Shown here piece by piece: positions 26,194-37,000 of a DNA stretch of 39,882 bases; the stretch's first letter is position 1, and each line of letters begins with the position of its first letter. The translations under genes and the position numbers were made by a program. A model generated the notes under the pieces. The model saw only the letters and a list, made by a program, of their open reading frames with translations, was not told the DNA's origin and searched no databases. Origin of the DNA: Priapulus caudatus (lineage: Eukaryota); assembly GCF_000485595.1 (NCBI RefSeq), contig NW_014577084.1:42616-82497 (forward strand), in the 5' to 3' direction.

Positions 26194-26612
26194 ATGCCTA
26201 GCTATAAACTGGTGTATTTCAACCTCCGTGGTCTGGCGGAGGTTGCCAGACTAATGTTTGCCGTATCTGATACCGAGTATGAGGACCAACGGATGACGAA
26301 GGAGGAATGGATGGAACAGAAGCAAGGTAAATGCTATATCTCGAAGAACTTAGAATGAGTTAAACATATTAGTTTACTGGGAAACGGAGAGGATGAATTA
26401 TTCTTTTTTTATACAAGCGTTGTTCGTGGAGCGACGGATGTTCAAATAGAACTTGTACAGTGTATGTTGTTAGGTAGACATTTAGTTATTAGCATCAATC
26501 ATCATGTTCGTGATGATGGTGCTGAAATATAACTCAATTGCAATTATTGTATTATGTTTAAGCGTTAGTTCTATGATATAACTGATACGTTCTTGTCCTT
26601 ATTCTTGTTGTT

Positions 26613-26668
<56 letters not shown>

Positions 26669-27607
26669 TGTCTTAGGCAACGTTACTATTGATTTTGGTC
26701 GTGTTTCCATTTAACAGAGACCCCATTCGGCCAACTGCCCGTGCTGTGGGTGGATGATGACATCATCTTCCAGAGCAACGCCATCTACCGGTTCCTCGCC
26801 AGAGAGTTAGGTATAACTATATAGTGTCAATATATAACGAGTGGGTGTGTACACGCGAATCTCAACAACAATAACATTTACTTAATGATTGCTTTGTTAC
26901 CTCCGCCCACGGAGTTAACGGAGTAACGGAGTGGAGGGGAGGTAATGTAATCGGTCTCGTTACCTCCGCCCACGGAGTTAACGGAGTAACGGAGTGGAGG
27001 GGAGGTAATGTAATCGGTCTCGTTACCTCCGCCCACGGAGTTAACGGAGTAACGGAGTGGAGGGGAGGTAACGTAATCGGTCTCGTTACCTCCGCCCACG
27101 GAGTTAACGGAGTAACGGAGTGGAGGGGAGGTAACGTAATCGGTCTCGTTACCTCCGCCCACGGAGTTAACGGAGTNNNNNNNNNNNNNNNNNNNNNNNN
27201 NNNNNNNNNNNNNNNNNNNNNNNNNNNNNNNNNNNNNNNNNNNNNNNNNNNNNNNNNNNNNNNNNNNNNNNNNNNNNNNNNNNNNNNNNNNNNNNNNNNN
27301 NNNNNNNNNNNNNNNNNNNNNNNNNNNNNNNNNNNNNNNNNNNNNNNNNNNNNNNNNNNNNNNNNNNNNNNNNNNNNNNNNNNNNNNNNNNNNNNNNNNN
27401 NNNNNNNNNNNNNNNNNNNNNNNNNNNNNNNNNNNNNNNNNNNNNNNNNNNNNNNNNNNNNNNNNNNNNNNNNNNNNNNNNNNNNNNNNNNNNNNNNNNN
27501 NNNNNNNNNNNNNNNNNNNNNNNNNNNNNNNNNNNNNNNNNNNNNNNNNNNNNNNNNNNNNNNNNNNNNNNNNNNNNNNNNNNNNNNNNNNNNNNNNNNN
27601 NNNNNNN

Positions 27608-27698
<91 letters not shown>

Positions 27699-27709
27699 CT
27701 CTCTCTCTC

Positions 27710-27757
<48 letters not shown>

Positions 27758-28088
27758 CGTGCGTGCGTGCGTGCGTGCGTGCGCGTACGCGTGTGCGTGT
27801 GCGTATGCGTGCGCGTGTGTGTGTGCGTGCGTGTATTTATATATGCTAGCTATAAATGTAGCTGTACCTACATATATGTTACATGATTAGGACATACCGT
27901 ATAATATGTTGTTTTCCGCGCAGCTTTCACTGGCAGACATCGTTAGCTACCACGTGCTGTCGTCTGTCGTTGGTCGGTTTCCTGGATTGATCGATGACTT
28001 CGAGACGCTGCAAGCCTACGTAGACCGCATCGGGGAGATCCCTAAAATTAAGGCATGGGTGGAGAGCAGACCAGAGACAGAGATGTAA
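26194..28088 (+). CDS. GST: Sigma-class GST unit 2 (exons 26194-26326, 26718-26810, exons 4-5 presumably in gap 27177-27607, 27924-28088)
   Basis: [33 protein letters not shown]..|[31 protein letters not shown]..; last exon LSLADIV...[13 protein letters not shown] (N-cap SLAD; sigma-type RP-x-T C-terminus). Confidence 0.9.
26604..26672. repeat. (GTT)/(GTC)n microsatellite
   Basis: Seen directly. Confidence 0.95.
26896..27176 (+). repeat. 63-bp tandem array derived from a HINE 5' end
   Basis: GTTACCTCCGCC...GGAGGTAAYGTAATCGGTCTC units at 26896, 26959, 27022, 27085, 27148, running into a gap. Confidence 0.9.
27608..27835. repeat. (CT)n-(GT)n-(GCGT)n compound microsatellite
   Basis: Seen directly. 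Confidence 0.95.
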
Positions 28089-29148
28089 GGAGCAAGCGTG
28101 AAGCGCGGTCAATAATCACCACCATCGTTAATTAGCTTGATTGGATTAGTCAGAAGACTGACGTGGCACCATCATTTCAATAACAATATATCGTAACAAA
28201 TGTATGTGTGTGAATGTTTTTCTCCCGGATTTTTCTGGTTCACGGGCGAACATTTCTTGGTTGGAGCTTGTGTGCACGGTCATTCCATCCATACCAATTA
28301 ACGGTTCTCTAGAATGTTAAATTGTTTTTCAATTGTCGCACAATTGGTCGCACGCGTCTACCAGCACAAGTTTTAGTAGATTTCGCCACCAATTCTCATC
28401 TTGAGCATTTCCGTCGTTCGAAAAACGCGGCTTTTATCTTGTATTTGCTTACGAGTATGATCTTAATGTAACGACAATAAACCCTCCACGCTGTGGCATT
28501 GCGCTCACCACCTTATATCATTCTACTCGTACTGTGTCTCGATACTGATATGTTCACCTTAGTCCGCAAATGCAGACGTTATAACTCCGCTTTGCTAATC
28601 TGAGGGTGCGGGTTTATCCCATTACTGGGGTCTGCGTCGGCTCGGACTATGTTCACCTTAGCAGCTGCATCTTAGCGCAAATGAAATCCTACCACTGTAA
28701 CATCATACTACTGTAACCCGAGTAAGTAGGCCCCTACGTACAATGTTTGGTTAACGGCCAGTATTTCGATATATGCTGATGATCAATTTCCGATGTAAAT
28801 TTCCGGGTTAGTTAAAACGTATCGGCTGGCCGCATTATGTTCAGTTCAGTATGCAAAAATAATTGCAAAGCTGATCATAATCGTAATAGACGTGATATAA
28901 ACAACTACAACTAGGTCACAGTGTGTTGGTAAACTACCACTGTTTAGTGCAGAGTGAATTCACTATATGCTCCCTTCTGTCGCACACGCACGCACACCCA
29001 ATAGACACGCTCCGCCCTGCTGCTTGACAATAGCTAGGTTACTCAGAAGAACATATTAGTCATACGTCAGCGTATGAAGACTGAAGGACACGTCATCCAT
29101 CATCGTTACTCTAATTACTGAGGTTGACTGTGATATCTACCAATACAT

Positions 29149-29218
29149 GCACACACACACACGTACACGCACGCACACACACACGCGCACCCACACACAC
29201 ACACACGCGCGCGCGCGC

Positions 29219-29265
<47 letters not shown>

Positions 29266-29475
29266 NNNNNNNNNNNNNNNNNNNNNNNNNNNNNNNNNNN
29301 NNNNNNNNNNNNNNNNNNNNNNNNNNNNNNNNNNNNNNNNNNNNNNNNNNNNNNNNNNNNNNNNNNNNNNNNNNNNNNNNNNNNNNNNNNNNNNNNNNNN
29401 NNNNNNNNNNNNNNNNNNNNNNNNNNNNNNNNNNNNNNNNNNNNNNNNNNNNNNNNNNNNNNNNNNNNNNNNNNN

Positions 29476-29520
<45 letters not shown>
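29149..29520. repeat. (CA)n/(CG) microsatellite spanning a gap
   Basis: Seen directly. Confidence 0.9.
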
Positions 29521-29522
<2 letters not shown>

Positions 29523-30320
29523 CGTTACTGATGTTGCCAACCAGGTACGTTACTGACATCGTAAAGGAAGCTCGACAGAAGATAACATGGAAGCCGTTCT
29601 GCTGAATCGCATTCCGAATAAAAATCGAGCTTTCCGAAACGGAAATGCTCAGTGGTCCGTAAATCGTCAGAAACAAAACTAGTCTTAATATAAGTCTTTA
29701 ACGTTTATTTTTGCGTGGACCGAACCTCTATGCACTGCCTATGAGAAACTTGCGTAACTTTGCGATGTTTCCGTCAACGGTCTATGAGAAAAATTCAAGG
29801 TTAAGACTAACGTTATGGCTAATTTTTGTTTCTGATAACGGACCCCAGAGTCTTAATCTTTGGCAAGCAACACATACCGCTAGCAGACGGGTATATTTCA
29901 TCAAGTCCACAATAGAAAATTCCTATTAGATATTTCTTTAGATTTCTTAGATTCCCCTTTCGATTCTTCTTTAGAGATTATATAATAGATTTTTTTAGTA
30001 TGGACTCTTGATATTATGATGGACGCCTTCGGATCACGCGCCGCATCAAGACGTGTGCCGACCTTGAAAAGACATTGAAACAACGTAAAAATGTGGCAAA
30101 ATGAAACTGTGTTAAGCAAATGAAATGATTCAAATGAAACCTTAAATGAATGACCTTCCCTTCTCCCCCAGGTATGTAGACGTGCAGAAGTGAGTTGATA
30201 AAAGCATGCGCAGGTAAAGGGAGTGTAGCGTCGAGAGACTAGCTCCTTATCTGCACAATGCTACGGCTGGTATGCGCATTTTTTCTACTGCCCGTAAGAG
30301 CAAACATGGACTCGTGCACA

Positions 30321-30390
30321 TATATAAGAGCTGCCTGCACTGGAATCACTCTTTACACTTCGATGCTTGTTGCCGAAAGCTTTCCTGCAG
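30321..30390 (+). promoter_or_regulatory. TATA box and non-coding exon 1 of GST unit 3
   Basis: GCACATATATAAGAGC; donor CAG|GTAAGC at 30390/30391. Confidence 0.75.
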
Positions 30391-31067
30391 GTAAGCGTTG
30401 ATTTATATTCCAGCTAAATCTCGCCGAATAAGGCAAATATATGATGCGTGCTGTTGACTCATCATTATAAGTATATAAACACTGCGCTGTTAGGCAGTGT
30501 GAGAACCGACGTGTTATGTTACTAGGTAAATAACCTAGTTACCGTCCCAGATCCAACGTCAACGTGAATTCTAGCAAAACAAACAAGCTAGCAACGAAAC
30601 CTATTTCGCTACATAATTGCGAATTCGTTCCACTAGTTAATAGTTGACCAATGACGCCGAAAAATTGCCGTGGCCTGGGAATTTGAGTAGGTATTATTTC
30701 GAATTAAAGATCATAACTGATTACGTCACATTAATGTAGCACGGCGTATTATGGCTTTAACAACATGAATCTTTTAGCAACGCCGGTAGAATTTATTACG
30801 AGGTCCTGCCAGTGCAAGCAAATATGCCATATATATATATGCATTATATATAGACCCAGTTGACTGCCATCTAGCTCCACTAACTGCAATGTTACAGCAG
30901 GTAGAAATTGCGCATGCACGGTATGCGTATGCGATAACATAGAAGCTAGAGATGTGTAGCGAGAGGTAGCTGCAGAAATGCTGCTGAAATCGCCTTAAGT
31001 TGTGAGAGCTACGCCAATGTAACTCCTCTGATCTTTTTTAGGTGTGAATACAGAATCAATTACAATC

Positions 31068-34000
31068 ATGTCTAAATATAAGTTGGTGTATTTCAACGCC
31101 CGTGGGCTGGCAGAGATTGCGAGACTCCTGTTTGCTGTGTCCGGCATTGAATATGAAGACAAAAGGATGACCAAGGAGGAATGGGCAGGACATAAAAAAC
31201 GCAAGTGGCACTAATGCGGAATGATTAAAAGTCCATTTATTTAATAGAAAATACAGACATTGCTCTTAATTTGAACAGATTTGCAGTGTATTGTGATAGG
31301 TATATCTGTTTATTTATTAATCGACCTGTTGAAATAGGCATTCAAGTATGCATACGATGATTAGTAGTTGCACTTTTGATTTATTTTCTTATAATTATTT
31401 TAGTTCTATATTTACTCCGAAGTTTTAACATATGTATGAGCGGTAGACAGCTCATCGGTATTTAGCTGCATGAACATTACTATTATTATACTACTCATAT
31501 TTCTTTAAATGCTTACTTTCTTCAGTATTCACTATTTCTGTTCATCAGAGATCCCGTGTGCTAAACTACCCGTACTGTGGGTGGAAGATGACCTCATCAT
31601 ACAGAGTAACGCCATCTACCGGTATTTGGCAAGAGAATTTGGTATGGACATACATGCGCGTACACACATGCACACGCACGCGCACGCACACACACACGTA
31701 CACACACGCACGCGCGTACGCACGCACGCACGCACCCATGCACACACAAACACACACACAAACACACAATCACACGCACGCGCGCGCGCGCGCGCACACA
31801 CACACACACACACAAACACACAATCACACGCACGCGCGCGCGCGCGCGCACACACACACACACACANNNNNNNNNNNNNNNNNNNNNNNNNNNNNNNNNN
31901 NNNNNNNNNNNNNNNNNNNNNNNNNNNNNNNNNNNNNNNNNNNNNNNNNNNNNNNNNNNNNNNNNNNNNNNNNNNNNNNNNNTAGACTATAAACACTAAC
32001 AAAATATCTACTCGCGTGCAATATGGTATAGCTGTACGCGCCGCGTGCCACGCCCGATCCGCATACGAGGTTATCGAGAGAGTGGCGACTCGTATGTCGC
32101 CTCTCCGCGCGCGTATCGCGTATGACGTAAAAGATTACCTTCGTATGCAGATCGTTCTGAAATCACTCGGCGAGGTAAGGTTCTGGAGAATAGGCTCAGG
32201 AAAGGCACAGATACCAGATATCGGAAAACGTAGGAGGCGGCGAAAAGATGACCTACGTGGTAGAAGAAAGGAGACCCGAGTGATTCGCTAACTTGTCGCG
32301 CGTCCCATTCACGACGGCGGCCATAAAATTGTAGCCCCGGTAGAGAGCCATAAAGGCACGCTCTACACCGCAAATTGCTGTTTTTATGATCGCCGAACAT
32401 CGAGCAATCTGCAGAACGCAAGATTGTTTGTAAATCGGCTTGTTTTGGAAATGGCGAAGCGTCTATACTACACTTGCCCCCGGGCCCCAAACCGGGCTGA
32501 GCCAAATAGTGGCGAGGCACGGTTGCAGCATCACAGAACGCCAAAAGGAAAGTAGTGATGGTGCAACGTAACGTTAACGTATAAGAAACTGGCGCCGAGG
32601 TGGTGGACGCGCGACGAGACGGACGTGCGCAAAACAAATACGCGACGCATAATAATAATAAAAAAATAAACCCGTTCCAAAATACGCGTTCTAAAATACC
32701 CGTGTCAACAATACCCGTATAAAATATCCGCTACGATTACCGCCGAACCACTTGAGAAAGAATTTTAGATAGAACAACAAAACAATTTTAGATAGAACAA
32801 TAAAACAATTTTAGATAGAACAACAAAACAATTTTAGATGCAAAATGGAACCACCGCGCCGGTGAGGCGCGACACGTACGCGCAATGTACGACCGACAAG
32901 TACACTACTCGGCCGGGAACAGCTCCGGCCACAGCCGGTGCCAATCCCCCTTGGGGACGCGGTAAGATGGCTCGTCGTCGCCGGGGAGGTCCCAGTGTTC
33001 CTCGTCGCCGTCGTCAACGGCCTTCCAGTGGCCGATGTCCTCCCAGTCGCCCTCGTCCTCCCAGTTCCCGTTGTCCCACCGATCAGATAGCTGGGCGTGG
33101 AGCTCGTCGGTGGAGGCGGTGGTCGAGGGGCGCCGTGGAACCCCGGCGACGGCCTGCAGGGGCCGACCGGGCGCGCCGAGCGGCGGCCAGCTGTCCTGCC
33201 GACGGTGACGGACGGTCGACGCAATCCCTGCGGGGGTCGACGGCGATCGCGACGGCGACGACGGCGTCCCCGCTGGCGGCGCGGTTGGCTGCGGCAGCGA
33301 TCGCATGGGCGTGTCGGGTAGCGGCCACGAAATGGCGCACATGCGTCGGCATCGCGACTGCGCCGCGTTCACCAGGCTCATCGCTCTATGTGCAGACGGT
33401 GGAATGAGCCACATAGGGCGGTAAGCGACACACTTAAGCGCGCCATGCGTGAACTGACAAACGTAGACGCGGACCGCCGAAAAGAAAGCCGCAAAAAGGT
33501 CAAATAGGTGCAAAATGATACATAAACGTGCGTTAATATATACATACTTATACAGTGGTATACCAACACCGCGAGTGCAGGAGCTACCGAGGCGCGCGAG
33601 ACTGGCTAAGGCTCCGTGACACGAACGTGCGAAGCGTACTATAGATACGGTATGCTCTAAATAATAATGTTAGTGGTGACGACGAAGTGTCACCATTTCG
33701 ACGCCTTCGGCAGCATCGCCTGTCTGCAAGGGATGGGCTAGTGGCTGTCGGGTTGGCGTGTCCGGCGACGGTAGTGTGCGGGAGGCGATGAAATCAGAAC
33801 GATCGGAAAGGAACGGAAGGGGAGGAACACATTTTGACGTATGGCTTAGCGTCTACAAAAGCGAATGGCGTAGTGGCGCAGCACAATGTCAACTGGCGAG
33901 CGGTCGCGAGTCATGGGTACCGATGAACTAGCGCGAATCATGTTAGCGCTGAAAGCGGCTACTTGCGGTGGATGCACCTGAAGCGGCCGCCGAGCAGCGG

Positions 34001-37000
34001 GTTGTATACGTTGTGTCGAGGAGGTTATGAGGGATTCGTGTCGTGGTACCTCGGGTGCGCACAGAGACGCCCCAGAGGTGTCCTCCTCAAGCGCAACGCC
34101 TGGGGACTGTACGTCGTTGGGCAGTGTGTCAGCAGCGTGATCGATCTCCGTATCCTGGTCACGGCACCACTGTAACAAGGCGTGTCGTGTGCCTCCCAGG
34201 TTCTCGGTTCGGCTTATGAGAGATAGAGTTTCCCTTAAGGGTAGCTGACTGGTAGCGTCGATGAATGACAAGAACACAGAATTGTGAGATTCACTCTACG
34301 TGCGTGTATTAGATTAGACTATAAACACTAACAAAATATCTACTCGCGTGCAATATGGTATAGCTGTACGCGCCGCGTGCCACGCCCGATCCGCATACGA
34401 GGTTATCGAGAGAGTGGCGACTCGTATGTCGCCTCTCCGCGCGCGTATCGCGTATAACGTAAAAGATTACCTTCGTATGCAGATCGTTCCGAAATCACTC
34501 GGCGAGGTAATGTTTTGGAGAATAGGCTCAGGAAAGGCACAGATACCAGATATCGGAAAACGTAGGAGGCGGCGAAAAGATGACCTACGTGGTAGAAGAA
34601 AGAAGACCCGAGTGATTTGCTAACTTGTCGCGCGTCCCATTCACGACGGCGGCCATAAAATTGTAGCCCCGGTAGAGAGCCATAAAGGCACGCTCTACCC
34701 CGCAAATTGATGTTTTGATGATCGCCGAACATTGAGCAATCTGCAGAACGCAAGATTGTTTGTAAATCGGCTTGTTTTGGAAATGGCGAAGCGTCTATAC
34801 TACACACACACACACACACACACACACAGCATTAATATTTCGTGCCTAAATAATTACATTTACTTATTGGTTAGTTGTCATCTAGTTCGTGTGTTGATTA
34901 CAAGCAATATTTCTACAGATCTGTACGGGTCCAGCAGCCTGCAGACAGCTCGCATTGACTCCATCTGTGAGTATTGGAGGGATATACTAGAGGCAGTCAT
35001 CAAATTCATGCAAGAAGAGGAGACCGAACGCAAGGTACCTATTCGCGCACGCGCTCTATACAATATATTTATTTTGACGTCTGCCCTCTCCCGCTTCCTC
35101 GCTTCCCCTCCCACTTCCCCTCCCGCTCCCCCGCTTCCCCTCCTGCTTCCCCTCATGCTTCTCCGCTTCCCCTCCCGCTCCTCCTCCTGCTTCCCCCCTG
35201 CTTTCCCTCCCGCTTCCCCGCTTCCCCTCCCCGCTTCTCCTCCCGCTTCCCCTCCCGCTTCCCCTCCTGCTCCCCTCCTGCTTTCTCCTCCGTCTTCCCC
35301 TCTGCTTCCCACCCGCTTCCCCTGCCGCGTCATCTCCTCCGCTTCTCCCTCCTGTTCTCCTCCCTGCTTCCCTCCTGCTTCCCCACCGCTTTCCCTCATG
35401 CTTCTCCTCCTTGCTTCCCTCCGCCTCCTCCTCCTGCCCCCTGCTTCCCCTCTCGTGCCCGTTCTTCCCCTCCCGCGTCTCCTCCCGCTTCCCCTCCCGC
35501 TTCTCCTCCTGCTTCCCCTCCTGCTTCTCCTCCCGCTTCCCCTCCTGCTTCCCCACCCGCTTCCCCTCCCGCGTTCTCCTCCCGGACTTCCCTCTCTGTT
35601 TCTCCTCCCGCTTCCCCTCCGCTTTCCCCACCGCTTCCCCTCCCGCGTCTCTCCCGCTCCCCTCCTGCTGTTCTCCTGCCTGCTTCCCCTCCTGCTTTCC
35701 CACCCGCTTCCCCTCTAGCTTCTTCCTCCTTCCTGCTTCCTATTCCTTTCCCGCTCCTCACTTCCCCTCCGCTTCCCCCTCCGTTCCCCTCCCGCTTCCC
35801 CCCCCCCGCTTCCCCTCCCGCCTTTCCCCTCCTGCTTCCCCTCCCGCTTTCTGCCCGCTTCCCCTCCCGCTTCCCCTCCCCGCATCTCTCTCCGCTTCCC
35901 TTCCCGCTTCCCCTCCCGCTTCCCCTTCCCGCTCCCCCTCGCTTCCCCTCTGCTTCCCCTCCGCTTCCCTTTCCCCTCCTGCTTCTCTTTCCCGCTTTCC
36001 CTCCCTGCTTCCCCTCCCGCCTTCCTCTCCTGCTTTCCCTCCCGGCCCTTCCCCTCCCGCTTCCTCTCCTGCTTCCCCTCCTGTTCCCCTCCTGCTTCCC
36101 CTCCCCCTTTCCCTCCGCTTCCCTCCGCTTCCCCTCCCGCTTCCTCTCCTGCTTCCCCTCCCGCTTCCTCTCCTGCTTCCCCTCTCGCTTCCCCTCCCGC
36201 TTCCTCTCCTGCTTTCCCCTCCCTTTCCCCTCCGCTTCCCCTCCCGCTTCCCCTCCCGCTTCCTCTCTCTGCTTCCGCGTCCCGCTTCCTCTCCTGCCTT
36301 CCCGTCCCGCTTTCCTCCCGCTTCCCCTCCCGCTGGTCCCCTCCCGCTTCCTCGCCTGCTTCCCCGTCCCGCTTCCTCTCCTGCCTTCCCCTCCCGACTT
36401 CCTCTCCTGCTCCCCTCTCGCTTCCCTCCGCTTCCCCGCTTCCCCTCCCGCTTCTCTTTCCGCCTTCCCTCCGCTTCCCGCTTCCCCTCCCACTTCTCTT
36501 CCCGCTTCCCTCCTGCTTCCCCTCCACTTCCCCTCCCGCTTCTCTTCCGCTTCCCCTCCCGCTTCCCGCCACGAGCGGATCACGCCTGCCAATAGTGAAA
36601 AATCGCCATAGACACGCCGCCAAATACTATCTAGATTTAAATATTCTAACCCAAAGTACTGTTTGTCGGGTCGGCTTTCTTCCACTGCGACGTGCGCGGG
36701 GACACTGACGTAAATCCGCTGAACGAACGCTACTGTTCGCGCGTGCGCTAACGTTATGCCACAAATAATGTTTGCTAATTAGCTAATAATTTTGCTTTTA
36801 TATTACTGGAGTTAGTAAACTTCACGTTTTATACAGGAGATAGCCTGCCAAGAATTAGCCATACGAAGATTATTCCTGGATCTTGACCTTACTGCCAGAG
36901 CGTCTTAAGATGATGACGACGGCCAATGGATTCTGTTGTCGCGTGACAAGTGGGCCGCATGTATATATATAAATAACATAAATAAATAAAATAATATATA

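Larger units (their letters stand above)
31983..34804 (-). mobile_element. Non-autonomous LTR retrotransposon in GST unit 3 intron 3, antisense to the host gene
   Basis: 5' LTR 34804-34171 (634 bp, TGTA...TACA); 3' LTR 32472-<31983 (rest in gap); about 10 substitutions over 490 aligned bp; PBS TGGTGCCGTGACCAGGAT at 34169-34152; PPT GGGGCCCGGGGGCAAG at 32488-32473; 1.7-kb interior without recognisable gag/pol. Confidence 0.92.

Noticed and set aside
26878..27176. CRISPR-like or repeat-protein ORF
   Set aside because: Head-to-tail identical units with no unique spacers, in a eukaryotic intron
34152..34169. tRNA-His gene
   Set aside because: Only the 3' 18 nt including CCA are present, with no cloverleaf; this is a PBS
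32016..34623. Duplicated 91-aa ORFs [11 protein letters not shown]...
   Set aside because: They lie in the two LTRs, antisense to the element, with no ATG start; the duplication is explained by the LTRs
34732..36685. 328-545 aa Pro-rich and Gly/Glu-rich ORFs
   Set aside because: Stop-free 12-bp minisatellite within a GST intron
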